Source: a candidate division WOR-3 bacterium
Lineage (GTDB): Bacteria; Hydrothermota; Tepidihabitantia; B3-TA06
DNA length: 64,000 nucleotides
Assembly (NCBI GenBank): GCA_965649265.1
Contig: CBFGKC010000003.1
Coordinates: forward strand, 32,001 to 96,000
Direction: 5' to 3'
This document shows positions 19,222 through 29,429 of this stretch, in pieces. The stretch's first letter is position 1. Each line of letters starts with the position of its first letter. The notes beneath the pieces are model-generated. The model saw only the letters and a list, made by a program, of their open reading frames with translations, did no database searches and was not told the origin of the DNA. Position numbers and translations under genes: made by a program.

Positions 19222-20289
19222 ATGGTCGAGGAGAAAGCAATGAAGAAATTTCTGGTCGTTTTGATTGCTGCGTTGGTGTTGACTGGAACAGCTTATTCGC
19301 AGCTCATTGACAGCGTAGAGGTCTCCCAGTCTGTTGAAATACATCAAGGATGGGAGCAAGCCAATGATCTCCATTTCGTCGTGTACCCTAACGAGCCGTG
19401 GGTAGGAATCCTAGCATGGGAAATGAAGATTGACGGCACTCCCCCTTACGCTTACGTCGTGGACAGTGTTTACAACGATGAAGGAAAACTCCACTGGCTG
19501 CGTTTTGACGTTACTTTCGACGGTATTGTTCCTTTTTGCAGCAAGGTATTAATCGATGTCAAGCTTTGGCTTGATCAGGCAAACGCAATCGTAATTGACA
19601 GCATATACTGGACCTGGAATGGGGAAAAGATCAATGGCGATAATAGATTTGACTTTCCTGGAGTTGGATTCTCGGTAGATAACATAAGCCTGGATGGTCG
19701 CTCGACCGTATGGATTCGCAACATGAGTGATGAAGTACTTTTGATGCAGAATGTACGATTTGCAAGAAACCAGCCTGAGTCCATTGAACCGTCCGATCTC
19801 AGCACATTCGCAGATTGGACAGATCGTGCCGAGTCATTTACTTCGTTACCGTCTACTGCGTATTCCATTCCCCTCGAAGGCATGGTACCGGGTGCATATC
19901 TCTACCTGGCTTGGGAAGTCTTTTCCCCGGGTACCGGAGTCGGAGCTGATGTCTTTCTGGGCCCTGTATCCGGCGTTCACGAGGACCAGTTAGGTGTTCT
20001 TCCTCTTGACGTCAAGGAATATGGAGTTATTAACGAAGTCAAGTTCCTTGATGTCAACGCCTTCTCGGGATATTCCACTATCCAATACTTTATACCTAAG
20101 GCAGCTAACGTGAACTTGAGCGTGTATGCGGTGACTGGTGAGTGTGTGGCCACACTCGTCAACGAGGAACAATCAGCCGGTGGACATACCTTGCGCTGGG
20201 AAGGCAACGGACTGCCGGCAGGACTTTACATCGCACGCCTCTCAGCCGACGGCATCCAGGCTTCGGAGAAGATGATCAGGCTTAAGTAA
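19222..20289 (+). CDS. secreted beta-rich protein with T9SS/FlgD-like C-terminal domain
   Basis: Signal peptide MKKFLVVLIAALV (start probably 19240); C-terminal VYAVTGECVATLV...GLYIARL...KMIRLK. Confidence 0.82.
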   Translation: MVEEKAMKKFLVVLIAALVLTGTAYSQLIDSVEVSQSVEIHQGWEQANDLHFVVYPNEPWVGILAWEMKIDGTPPYAYVVDSVYNDEGKLHWLRFDVTFDGIVPFCSKVLIDVKLWLDQANAIVIDSIYWTWNGEKINGDNRFDFPGVGFSVDNISLDGRSTVWIRNMSDEVLLMQNVRFARNQPESIEPSDLSTFADWTDRAESFTSLPSTAYSIPLEGMVPGAYLYLAWEVFSPGTGVGADVFLGPVSGVHEDQLGVLPLDVKEYGVINEVKFLDVNAFSGYSTIQYFIPKAANVNLSVYAVTGECVATLVNEEQSAGGHTLRWEGNGLPAGLYIARLSADGIQASEKMIRLK

Positions 20290-20378
20290 GTTCAAAAGCA
20301 ATGCATTTCTGTTTCAAAATCGAATCATTCGCTCTGAATTGAACGGAGACCTGAGATCATTAAAACTCTCTTAATGAA

Positions 20379-20414
20379 TTTTAGGCGCGGAGAAATAGAC
20401 TCCGCGCCTAAAAA
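20379..20414 (+). terminator. inverted-repeat terminator or processing hairpin
   Basis: TTTTAGGCGCGGAG-7 nt-CTCCGCGCCTAAAA. Confidence 0.65.
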
Positions 20415-20574
20415 CATCCTAAAGCCGGAGTGTTTCAAATTATCCGGGCATTCTGAAAAGATTACCCTCTATAACCATTGATTGCCGTGGAGCGGCAGAA
20501 AGGAGAGCGCGGAGCACAAATCTAAAAAGCCCGAAAGGCACTTTTCACCAAAATCTAAAACTAACGGAGATAAA

Positions 20575-21627
20575 ATGAAAAGGATAACTACAGTAACTCT
20601 GGTAGCCCTGGCAATGGCTACGATGGCTTTTGGATACAAAGCCAGTAAAACTATCCTCATTCATCAGGACAAATGCGATACCGCAACCGATATCCACTTC
20701 ACAACTTTCCAGAAGGAAAAAAACATCCACATCAACAGCTATAATATCACTGTGGAAGGCTTCTCAAATGTTAGCACAACCCCGAATGATCACGGGGTAG
20801 GAGACGGCCAGGTTCACGGTGTCGATGTGGATTGCGAAGGCGGAGCCATTCCTTATTGCCAAGAAATCAAGGTGCAAATCGAGTTCGATTTAAGCGACTT
20901 CAATACGGTAAGAATCGAAAACATACAATGGACTTATAATGGAGATACAATCCCCGGAGTTCCTCCTGACACGATCCCCGCCGGAGTTCCAAATCTCGGA
21001 TTTGCAGTAGATTACATTAACTCTCAGAATCAGTCAACCTACTGGTTCTACAATGATGATTCGGTAACCGTAATAGTACGTAACTTCCGTATGGCACTAA
21101 ATCAACCGGGTTACATGATTCCTGACAAGTTGTTTAATTTCACAGACTGGACCAACTTTTATAGCGATTTCGTAGTTCCTCCTTACAGCTTCTGCGCGAT
21201 TCCTCTGGACGGTATGCTGATAAGTCTCTACACTTTTGCAGCTTACGATGTTTACAAGCCGGGCTCTGCATACAATGCTGAAATGAAAGTACTTTCATCT
21301 ACCGAGGTACATGAAGATCAGACCGGAGGCGTTACTGAGCCTCTTAACATAGAAGAGATGGGTCTTCTTAAGGATACAAAGATTCTTGAAGTTGCAGCCT
21401 ATCCGGGTTACTCCGAGATCAAGTATCAGCTTCCTCGCTCTTCCTACACAAATCTGTCCGTATACTCGCTTACCGGCGAAAAAGTAGCGACCCTTGTCGA
21501 TGAAGTTCAATCTGCAGGCGGTTATACTCTTCGCTGGGAAGGCGACGGCCTGCCAGTCGGGCTTTACATCGCACGCCTCTCCGCCGATGGCATTCAGGCA
21601 TCGGAAAAGATGATCAGGCTTAAGTAG
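20575..21627 (+). CDS. secreted paralog of the upstream gene with T9SS/FlgD-like C-terminal domain
   Basis: Signal peptide MKRITTVTLVALAM after GGAG RBS; same C-terminal GLYIARLSADGIQASEKMIRLK. Confidence 0.82.
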   Translation: MKRITTVTLVALAMATMAFGYKASKTILIHQDKCDTATDIHFTTFQKEKNIHINSYNITVEGFSNVSTTPNDHGVGDGQVHGVDVDCEGGAIPYCQEIKVQIEFDLSDFNTVRIENIQWTYNGDTIPGVPPDTIPAGVPNLGFAVDYINSQNQSTYWFYNDDSVTVIVRNFRMALNQPGYMIPDKLFNFTDWTNFYSDFVVPPYSFCAIPLDGMLISLYTFAAYDVYKPGSAYNAEMKVLSSTEVHEDQTGGVTEPLNIEEMGLLKDTKILEVAAYPGYSEIKYQLPRSSYTNLSVYSLTGEKVATLVDEVQSAGGYTLRWEGDGLPVGLYIARLSADGIQASEKMIRLK

Positions 21628-21644
21628 TAAACTTAGAGAAAAGT

Positions 21645-21674
21645 AAAGAAGGGATCGGCAACGATCCCTTCTTT
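21645..21674. terminator. bidirectional intrinsic terminator
   Basis: AAAGAAGGGATCG-GCAA-CGATCCCTTCTTTT between convergent genes. Confidence 0.8.
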
Positions 21675-21732
21675 TATCTCTGATTTATTAAGAGATCCTA
21701 CACGCAGATGAGTAGACGGACATGCAGGTGAA

Positions 21733-23391
21733 TTAAAACAACCCGGAAATTTTTCCCTCATCGTCAATATCGATGCGTTCGGCCGCTGGAGTTTTTGGAA
21801 GGCCTGGCATCCTCAAAATCTCGCCCGTTATCGGGATAAGGAATCCTGCACCTGCGGCTATAACGATGTCGCGAACGGTCACGAGAAAATCCTTTGGTCG
21901 TCCGAGGAGGTGGGGGTTGTCCGAAAGCGAATTCTGTGTCTTGGCGATGCATATCGGCAGTTTGTCGTATCCGAGCTTCTTGATCTGGCGAAGGTCTTTC
22001 TCGGCGTCAGGAGTAAAATCAACCGCTTCAGCCCCGTATATCTCCCTGGCAACGGTCTCTATCTTTCGCTCGACCGGCCAGTCCAGTTCATATAAAGGTT
22101 TGTAATGTCCTGGTTCCTCTCTGAGCACTTTGACCACCTTCTCCGCTAAGGCCATTCCACCCTCGCCGCCCCTTGCCCAGACCTCAGCCCTTGCGGACTC
22201 GTATCCCTTCTCCTGGCAGAACTCCTCGATAACCCTTATCTCCTCCTCGGTATCATTGGTGAAAATATTTATCGCCACCACCTCAGGCATCGAAAACTTG
22301 GCAATGTTTTCAAGGTGTTTTGCAAGATTCGGCAATCCCCTGCGCACGGCCTCGGCATCCGGATTATCGAGTTCTTTCTTGTCGACGCCGCCGTGCATCT
22401 TGAGTGCACGCACTGTGGCCACAAGGACTACAACGCCCGGGTCTAGGTTTCCGGTTCTTGAGACGATATCAAAGAACTTCTCAGCACCGAGATCGAAACC
22501 GAATCCGGCCTCTGTGACAACGTACTCCCCGTGATGGAGGGCTAGTTTAGTGGCCATGATGGAGTTGGCTCCCTGCGCTATGTTGGCGAAGGGTCCTCCA
22601 TGGATGAAAGCTGGAACTCCCTCGGTCGTCTGGACGATGTTAGGTTTGAACGCATCCCGCAACAGTGCAGCCATCGCGCCTGATGCCTTGATGGCTTTTG
22701 CGGTCACTGGCTCACCTGTGTAAGTAAAGCCTATGAGGATCCTGTCGAGCCGGGCTTTAAGGTCTGAGAATGTCTCGGTCAGGCAAAGAATAGCCATTAC
22801 TTCGGACGCCGCAGTGATGTCGAAACCCGATTCGCGCGGAAAGCCCATCGCTTTCCCGCCGAGTCCGATGACTATCTGACGCAGGCTGCGGTCGTTCACG
22901 TCCATGACGTGTCGCCAGAGCACTGTCCTTGGATCTATTCCGGCTTCGTTTCCATGATGGATGTGATTGTCTATCATGGCAGTCAAGAGGTTGTGTGCCG
23001 CGGTGACCGCATGGATATCACCCGTGAAGTGGAGATTGATGTCGTCTGAAGGAAGAACCTGTGATGCTCCGCCGCCGGTTGCACCACCCTTTACCCCCAT
23101 TACCGGTCCGAGCGAGGGTTCCCTCAGTGCGAGCGCCGGATTCTTACCTATCTTTGCAAGCCCCTGTGCAAGCCCGATGGAAATGGTTGTCTTTCCTTCG
23201 CCCGCAGGGGTGGGGGTTATGGCGGAGACGAGTATAAGCTTACCCTGATGTTCGCACCCGTAAATGGCGTGGCATTTCTTTTCGTGAATCTTTGCCTTAT
23301 ACTGCCCGTAGAGTTCCAACTCATCCGGCATTATCCCGATCTTTGCGGCGATGTCGAAGATCGGCTTCATCTTTAAGTTATCAGTCGACAT
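21733..23391 (-). CDS. fhs: formate--tetrahydrofolate ligase
   Basis: TPTPAGEGKTT, REPSLGP, HGGPFANIA, TEAGFGFDLGAEKF, MPGLPK. Confidence 0.97.
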   Translation of the reverse strand: MSTDNLKMKPIFDIAAKIGIMPDELELYGQYKAKIHEKKCHAIYGCEHQGKLILVSAITPTPAGEGKTTISIGLAQGLAKIGKNPALALREPSLGPVMGVKGGATGGGASQVLPSDDINLHFTGDIHAVTAAHNLLTAMIDNHIHHGNEAGIDPRTVLWRHVMDVNDRSLRQIVIGLGGKAMGFPRESGFDITAASEVMAILCLTETFSDLKARLDRILIGFTYTGEPVTAKAIKASGAMAALLRDAFKPNIVQTTEGVPAFIHGGPFANIAQGANSIMATKLALHHGEYVVTEAGFGFDLGAEKFFDIVSRTGNLDPGVVVLVATVRALKMHGGVDKKELDNPDAEAVRRGLPNLAKHLENIAKFSMPEVVAINIFTNDTEEEIRVIEEFCQEKGYESARAEVWARGGEGGMALAEKVVKVLREEPGHYKPLYELDWPVERKIETVAREIYGAEAVDFTPDAEKDLRQIKKLGYDKLPICIAKTQNSLSDNPHLLGRPKDFLVTVRDIVIAAGAGFLIPITGEILRMPGLPKTPAAERIDIDDEGKISGLF

Positions 23392-23497
23392 CTGACCTCC
23401 TTTGATATTCCCTTTAGTCTAACCGGAAAAAAGAGCGTGTCAAAGGGATTGACATCTTGATTCTGCCCGAGTATTCTTTTCCAAAAAGGAGGCTTTC

Positions 23498-24514
23498 TTG
23501 AGAACTACGATAATTTTCTTATCCACGGTAATAACCTTTCTGGGAGCAGGGGAGCTGGTAATAACCCGCGACGGAGAAGTCGCTCAGACACAGGATGTAT
23601 CCGATTGGACGCCCGGGGAGGAGTTTTGCTTCCTCGAGGGTGAGCCCTACAACAACTACTACTACCCCTGGTCGGGCGAGGAGTCCATAGATTATATGGT
23701 CGACGACAAGGGTCTGTGGGTTAGTGGCACGCTCAAGGGTTTCACGACCTTCGATCAGGAACCGAAGAAAGTAAGGAAACCTCAGGACGTGGTGACGATT
23801 CTGGCGACCGTCGAGTACCTTCCGGACCTCGTGCGTTTTCCCAATCTCGTGGCACTTTCCGTTGTGCCGACGGATGAGGAAAACAATCTCTCCGACCTTC
23901 GAGCGCTCAAGGGGCTTCGCTACCTTAACCTTGGCGAGGGTCCAATCGCGGATAATGGAGTGGACGCGTTTGTTGGTCTTGCCGATCTCAGGGAACTCGA
24001 CGCTAGCTTTACCATCCTTCCAGAGGGTGCAATGGAGAACATTGGCAAGCTTCCGAATCTAAAAAAACTCTCACTCAACGCGGTCTCCGGGGAGGAAATA
24101 CTCTGCCTTAGGGGTATGAAAAAGCTCGAGGCGTTAAGCACGATGTATACGATAGCCGACACCCCCTGGCTCGAATTGCTCCCGACTCTCACCGGACTCA
24201 AGGAGCTATCAGTCATCCAGTCCGAAATCGCACCCGAGGTTCTGGAACTGCTTGCAGGAACGAATCAGCTTGAAAGGCTCTACCTGCCATACGCCGGTAT
24301 CGACGATATCCATCTCAAGTCGATAGGCAAAATGACCAATCTAAAGGAACTCGATCTCTACGGCACAAGGATAACGGAATCGGGCCTCAAGTATCTGGAG
24401 AAGCTCGTGAATCTGAAAACACTCTATCTCGGCGGCGGCGGAGAAATCACCCCCCAGGGGGTGGAAAAACTTCATAAGAAGCTTCCTGCGTGTGAGATAG
24501 GATACGACGAGTAG
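23498..24514 (+). CDS. secreted leucine-rich-repeat protein
   Basis: Repeated LxxLxL units (e.g. LKELDLYGTRITESGLKYLEKLVNLKTLYL); N-terminal hydrophobic segment. Confidence 0.88.
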   Translation: MRTTIIFLSTVITFLGAGELVITRDGEVAQTQDVSDWTPGEEFCFLEGEPYNNYYYPWSGEESIDYMVDDKGLWVSGTLKGFTTFDQEPKKVRKPQDVVTILATVEYLPDLVRFPNLVALSVVPTDEENNLSDLRALKGLRYLNLGEGPIADNGVDAFVGLADLRELDASFTILPEGAMENIGKLPNLKKLSLNAVSGEEILCLRGMKKLEALSTMYTIADTPWLELLPTLTGLKELSVIQSEIAPEVLELLAGTNQLERLYLPYAGIDDIHLKSIGKMTNLKELDLYGTRITESGLKYLEKLVNLKTLYLGGGGEITPQGVEKLHKKLPACEIGYDE

Positions 24515-24543
24515 GCTTGACAAGCTGATTTTTTAGTTTAGTC

Positions 24544-26940
24544 TTGTGCAATATAAGGAGGAACGTTATGGTTCGGATCGTTAGGAAAAGCACCACAAGT
24601 AAATTCCCGATGTTTTTGTTTGTCTCATCCCTATTGCTGCCTTTGGTGGGATATTCCCAGGGGGACAGGGTGGATAGTCTTATTGCTCTCCTTCAATCTC
24701 GTAATTTCGAAACCCAAAAAGAAGCAATCCGCGGATTAGCCTGGATTGGTGACTCACGGGCAGTTTTGCCTATTGAGAAATTGCTCGACGAGGATGATAT
24801 TCGCATCAGGCGAGAAGCAACCAGGGCACTAGGGGCTATTGGTGATACTAGCGCTACCGAAAGAATTCTCGCATTGATGAACGATGCTGACACAGCCGTC
24901 ATATTGGATGCCATAATTGCTCTGGGTGTGCTCAAAGACAAAAGGGCAGTCGAGCCGCTAGTGATAAGATTAAGGAGTGAAGACAGGATTGAACAAACAT
25001 CAGGCAGGAGCTTAATTGAGATAGGCGATGCGGCGGTTCCGATTCTTATCAAAGCTTTATCAAATCAAAAATGGAATGTCCAATATCCAGCAGAAGCAGT
25101 CTTACGAGATATGAAATCAATCAAAGTAGAAACTTTAATCGCAGCATTGCATGATGACAGTTCAAGAACCCGACGTATAGCTGCAAATCTTCTTGGACGT
25201 ACAAAATGCAAAAGAGCGTTGGGGCCCCTTATAGATGTTCTTCAGGATTCAGTTGCGTTCGTTAGATTTAACGCCGTAATCGCCCTAGGGACAATAAACG
25301 ACATTCAAGCAGTGGAGCCTTTGATTCAATCTTTAAAAGACAGCGACCCAGATGTCAGGACATATGCAATTCAAAGTTTAGCAAGTTATAAGGATGAACG
25401 GTCAGTAATTCCTTTCATGGGATGCTTAAACGATGAGAATTCCTACGCCAGGTCTGAGGCTTTCAAAGCTTTGAAAGCGTTTGCTGATCCGAGAACTATA
25501 GACTCTTTAATTCCCTTTCTGCGCGATTCTTACGTCCGCTCAGAGGCTGAAGAAGTCCTAGCCGCCATTGGCAGACCTGCAGTTAAGCCGCTGCTTGAGG
25601 CATTTAGGGATTGTAAATATTACGACACTAAAATAGGAATCATTTCAACGCTGGGAGAAATAGGTGGTCCCCTTGCTTTAAGGAAACTTGCAGAGATAGC
25701 TGACTCACAAGTTTACTCGTTCAGTGCAACGCAAGCCTTGGGAAAAATAGGAAAGCCTGCAGTTGGCGAGTTGATAAACTTGATGAATGCCAAGGAACCA
25801 TTTGTACGCGAGGAAGCAATTGAAGCTTTGGGGCGAATTGGGGACAAACGGGCAGTCCAACCCCTCGTTGAGATAATCCAGAAAAAGGATTCATCAACCC
25901 TGATTCCTGCAGTAAAGGCTTTAAAAGCCCTGGATAGTTCCGAAGCATTTCCTTTCTTATTAAGTATGCTGGAATATCCGGATAGTAACGTTAGGGCGTT
26001 TGCAGCATGGGAATTGCGAGATATGAATGATAGTCGAGCAGTCGACCCCTTGATTTCTTTGTTGGAGAACGATGATAGTTGGATTGTAAGGAGGAATGCA
26101 ACTTGGTCTTTGGGTGATATAGGCGATAAGTGTGCCACGCCAAAGTTAATTAATGCCTTCAAGAATCCAGGTAAGTACTATGTAATCGCTGTTGAAGATG
26201 CCTTGATAAGGATCGATGATACTACGGCAGTTCCTGATATGATAAATGAACTCGGAGGCAATAATGCTGGGTATGCTGCAAGAGTACTCGGACATTTAAA
26301 GGACAAGCGTGCGGTTGAACCTTTGATTAATGCGTTGAAAAGTGGAGGCCGTTTCACCAAGGAAGAGGCTATAAAAGCCCTGGGGCAACTTGGGGATAAG
26401 AAAGCTGTGGAACCACTAATTGCTGAGCTTTCCGATTCTAATGCACGGATTCGAAATGAAGCCTGTAATGCATTAGTGGATTTGGGGATACAATCTGTAG
26501 AACCTTTAATTGAAGCTTTGGAAACGGAAGATACTTTGATTGTAAAACAAAGCGTAGGGATTCTTGGTCGTATTAAGGATCGCCGTGCCATTGAACCACT
26601 AATTACTCAAATCCACGGTTCTATTAAAGGAATTAGATGGGAAAGCGCAGTTGCTCTGCTCAATTTCAAATGCGAGCAGCATTCACAGGAGACTTTTGTT
26701 GCACTCCTCGATGATGAATTTCCTTGCATGCGAGGACTGGCTGCTATGGCACTATGGCACTGTGAAGAGGTAGATCCTCAATCAATAAAGTATTTAATAT
26801 ATGCCCTTACAGATGGCGAATGTAGATTCAATCAAGATAATGCCTGGACAGCCCTCAAAATGATCACAAGAGAAGATTTTTTATATGACTACCGTACTTG
26901 GCGCAATTGGTGGGAGAAAAACAAAAGATCGTTTAAGTAG
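24544..26940 (+). CDS. HEAT/PBS-lyase repeat protein, probably exported
   Basis: Many ALGxIGDxRAVEPLI repeats; start may be 24568. Confidence 0.9.
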   Translation: MCNIRRNVMVRIVRKSTTSKFPMFLFVSSLLLPLVGYSQGDRVDSLIALLQSRNFETQKEAIRGLAWIGDSRAVLPIEKLLDEDDIRIRREATRALGAIGDTSATERILALMNDADTAVILDAIIALGVLKDKRAVEPLVIRLRSEDRIEQTSGRSLIEIGDAAVPILIKALSNQKWNVQYPAEAVLRDMKSIKVETLIAALHDDSSRTRRIAANLLGRTKCKRALGPLIDVLQDSVAFVRFNAVIALGTINDIQAVEPLIQSLKDSDPDVRTYAIQSLASYKDERSVIPFMGCLNDENSYARSEAFKALKAFADPRTIDSLIPFLRDSYVRSEAEEVLAAIGRPAVKPLLEAFRDCKYYDTKIGIISTLGEIGGPLALRKLAEIADSQVYSFSATQALGKIGKPAVGELINLMNAKEPFVREEAIEALGRIGDKRAVQPLVEIIQKKDSSTLIPAVKALKALDSSEAFPFLLSMLEYPDSNVRAFAAWELRDMNDSRAVDPLISLLENDDSWIVRRNATWSLGDIGDKCATPKLINAFKNPGKYYVIAVEDALIRIDDTTAVPDMINELGGNNAGYAARVLGHLKDKRAVEPLINALKSGGRFTKEEAIKALGQLGDKKAVEPLIAELSDSNARIRNEACNALVDLGIQSVEPLIEALETEDTLIVKQSVGILGRIKDRRAIEPLITQIHGSIKGIRWESAVALLNFKCEQHSQETFVALLDDEFPCMRGLAAMALWHCEEVDPQSIKYLIYALTDGECRFNQDNAWTALKMITREDFLYDYRTWRNWWEKNKRSFK

Positions 26941-27040
26941 GGGGACGGGTAAAAGGGGTCCCAAGAAACTGCAATACGGTTTCCCGGGGTATTCAAGCAG
27001 GGTTCCCCAGAAAAAACGCTGTGATTTTCGGGGGTTAAAA

Positions 27041-27112
27041 AGCGGCGGACGGGACTCGAACCCGCAACCAACAGCTTGGAAGGCTGTTACTCTACCATTG
27101 AGTTACCACCGC
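27041..27112 (-). tRNA. tRNA-Gly (TCC), CCA not encoded
   Basis: GCGGTGG/CCGCCGC acceptor stem, anticodon loop CT-TCC-AA, GGTTCGAGTCC T-arm. Confidence 0.95.
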
Positions 27113-27180
27113 GGGTCGGCGATGTTTCACGCACAAATATGAAGTATAGCAATGCCCGGAAAGTATGTCAACCTTAAACC

Positions 27181-27208
27181 TTGACACTCATGCAACTTGA
27201 AATATAAT
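27181..27208 (+). promoter_or_regulatory. tRNA-Pro promoter TTGACA-N16-TATAAT
   Basis: Perfect -35 and -10 boxes with a 16-bp spacer. Confidence 0.8.
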
Positions 27209-27250
27209 CACAGCTGAAAAGGCTTTTCCTCGGAAAAACGCCGTTTCGAT

Positions 27251-27325
27251 CGGGGCGTGGCGCAGCCCGGATAGCGCACTAGCTTGGGGTGCTAGGGGTC
27301 GGTGGTTCAAATCCACTCGCCCCGA
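27251..27325 (+). tRNA. tRNA-Pro (GGG), CCA not encoded
   Basis: CGGGGCG/CGCCCCG acceptor stem, CTAGC-TTGGGGT-GCTAG anticodon arm, GGTTCAAATCC. Confidence 0.95.
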
Positions 27326-27330
27326 TGTAT

Positions 27331-27370
27331 AGAGGCGGATTTTCCTTAAAGGAATCTCCGCCTCTTTTTT
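27331..27370 (+). terminator. intrinsic terminator after tRNA-Pro
   Basis: AGAGGCGGA...TCCGCCTCT stem followed by a T-tract. Confidence 0.8.
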
Positions 27371-27388
27371 CGGAATATCTTAGTTGTT

Positions 27389-28264
27389 CTAGGGTAAATA
27401 AGTTCCGATGAACTCCTCTATTTTTTTGGAGTAATCGTCTCCCGCGGTGTAAGGTACGTTGCCGTGCCCTGCATTCTGTACCCAGAAAGAATCCTTAGGC
27501 TCTTCAGCCAGTTCCCAAAGCACAAGCGCGTTGTGCTCAAACACCACGTAGCTATCACTGCGTCCATGCATCATGAGCAATGGGCAGCCGATATTCGCGA
27601 TCCTTTTTTCGCTGTCGAAATCGTCGCCGGAGACGAGTCCGCCCGGAAGCCCCAGGAGCCCCGAATCTTTGAGTAGTGCTGCGGTCGAAGCGGGGGATGA
27701 TTCGAGGATGACGGCCCCTGGCGAGCGCACGTCCGCCGCGAGGTAGGTCGTCATGTAACCGCCGAGTGAAAAGCCTAAAAAAACGATCTTTGAAGTATCA
27801 ACCATCTTCTGGGCGAGAATTCTCTCAAGTGCTCCTTTGGCGCTTTCGAAACAGGTAACGCTTGAAGGTTCCCCCTCGGAGCGGCCAAACCCCGGGTAGT
27901 CGTAGATGTACACGCGGTAGCCCATCTCCCACAGGAGTTCTACCCGATCCCAGTACGCGTCTATGTTGGCAGAATTGCCGTGACTGTAGAGTATTGTAAC
28001 CCTTTCGCCGAAAGGCATGGACGTGTCGGAGAGTGTATCACCGGGATGCAAAGCCCAGAAACCGTAGATCAAACCCGAACTGATTGAGAAGCTGTCAGGG
28101 ACGATAAGGTCATCCGGTATTATCCCGCGGTAATGCTCGAAATTCTTCATAACCTCTGGATCAAGGTATGAGTCTGTGTGTACGTTATCATAATAAAAAG
28201 GTTCAAGCGAGAAGCATCCTGCGTTAAGTAAGAGCGCGATAGGCAAAAATAGGCGGTTAATCAT
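27389..28264 (-). CDS. alpha/beta hydrolase lipoprotein (ABHD17/YhfR-like)
   Basis: Lipobox NAGC, HGNSAN, DYPGFGRSEG, GFSLG, HGRSD, AGH; start reassigned to 28264 after GGAGG. Confidence 0.85.
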   Translation of the reverse strand: MINRLFLPIALLLNAGCFSLEPFYYDNVHTDSYLDPEVMKNFEHYRGIIPDDLIVPDSFSISSGLIYGFWALHPGDTLSDTSMPFGERVTILYSHGNSANIDAYWDRVELLWEMGYRVYIYDYPGFGRSEGEPSSVTCFESAKGALERILAQKMVDTSKIVFLGFSLGGYMTTYLAADVRSPGAVILESSPASTAALLKDSGLLGLPGGLVSGDDFDSEKRIANIGCPLLMMHGRSDSYVVFEHNALVLWELAEEPKDSFWVQNAGHGNVPYTAGDDYSKKIEEFIGTYLP

Positions 28265-28910
28265 TGCTTCCTCCGGGGTAGAGCGTGACTCCCAGAACGA
28301 CTCCGAGAGCACCCTGGTCTAAGGGTGAGATGGGAAAGTTCACGACTCGGTATTCTGAGTTCTCTGTCGGTGAATACCATTTTACTTCGAGATCGACGCC
28401 TGCATACCCAAGCCTGTACTCGGCACCTAAGAGTCCTGCCCATGCCGCATAAGGCTTCTCGAGTTGAAAGAACGTTTGTCCTCCTGAGTAGAGCAGGAGT
28501 TTGTCGCAGACTATCCATGAGAAGATTGCCTCAACTTCGGGCGAGAATCCAGCAGCCACGTTGAACGGGTTAACCCAGAAGGTAGGATTGGCTCCGAGGA
28601 CAAGTGAAGGCAGGAGTTTTTTTCCATGAATGATTTCATAGCTTAAACCTGCTTCCAGGCCGATTGTTCCGAATGCAAGCATTGTCGGGTGCAAACCTAT
28701 GTGGGCCTCAAGGCTTTTTAATACGCCCCAGCGGTAGCGTAAAACGGAGTAGGGGAGTGGCAAATCACCGATGCCAGGCAAGGTTACGATTGGACCACCA
28801 ACAGAGACTGCCACGGCGTTTTGTCCCGGTTCGAGAGGCCTGACTGTGGAAACCGTTCCACAACCCGTTATTAAAATTGCCAAGAAGAACAATTGCAGAC
28901 GTTTAATCAC
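28257..28910 (-). CDS. lipoprotein, probable outer-membrane beta-strand protein
   Basis: Lipobox ITGC; amphipathic beta strands. Confidence 0.75.
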   Translation of the reverse strand: MIKRLQLFFLAILITGCGTVSTVRPLEPGQNAVAVSVGGPIVTLPGIGDLPLPYSVLRYRWGVLKSLEAHIGLHPTMLAFGTIGLEAGLSYEIIHGKKLLPSLVLGANPTFWVNPFNVAAGFSPEVEAIFSWIVCDKLLLYSGGQTFFQLEKPYAAWAGLLGAEYRLGYAGVDLEVKWYSPTENSEYRVVNFPISPLDQGALGVVLGVTLYPGGSND

Positions 28911-29132
28911 GCTTCCTCCATTTTTGGAGATAATATATTACATCAAAGATTTAAGTCAACAGAAGGAATTGAAACAAAAAAAGATATCAAACGTCTTTAG
29001 GATAATGGTAGTCGTGAGTTTATACTCATGCCCCATGGTGATTAAACGACAATTCAAAGGGGAGAGTCCTGCAAGACTCTCCCCTTCAGTAAGATACCTA
29101 CAGGAACATAAGAATCCTGGTATGGAGGATAA

Positions 29133-29375
29133 ATGGGTATAGCCAGCTTTATTCTATCCATCGTCGGGCTTGTGGTGGGGGCTATTGGACTTGTGCCATT
29201 GTTGGGCTTGTTGGAATGGGTGGCGCTGGCCCTGGGTATTATGGCTTTTATAATGGCGATTGTACCAATATCAAGGCGAATCGTTGCCCCTTTTGCCATT
29301 GTGGGGCTGATCCTCTCGATAGTCGTTATTGTCATGGCGATTCTCAGACTTGCCGTCGGAGGCTGGTTTAGTTAA
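29133..29375 (+). CDS. small 3-TM membrane protein
   Basis: GGAGG RBS; highly hydrophobic. Confidence 0.75.
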   Translation: MGIASFILSIVGLVVGAIGLVPLLGLLEWVALALGIMAFIMAIVPISRRIVAPFAIVGLILSIVVIVMAILRLAVGGWFS

Positions 29376-29429
29376 GGGATTCCCATTACGATGGATTTCC
29401 GGGGGGAGGGGGTTGAACCTTTTAAACCT

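Noticed and set aside
27041-27325. tRNAs as the prophage attachment site
   Set aside because: No integrase or duplicated tRNA end seen; the phage is 14 kb away and uses a DDE transposase
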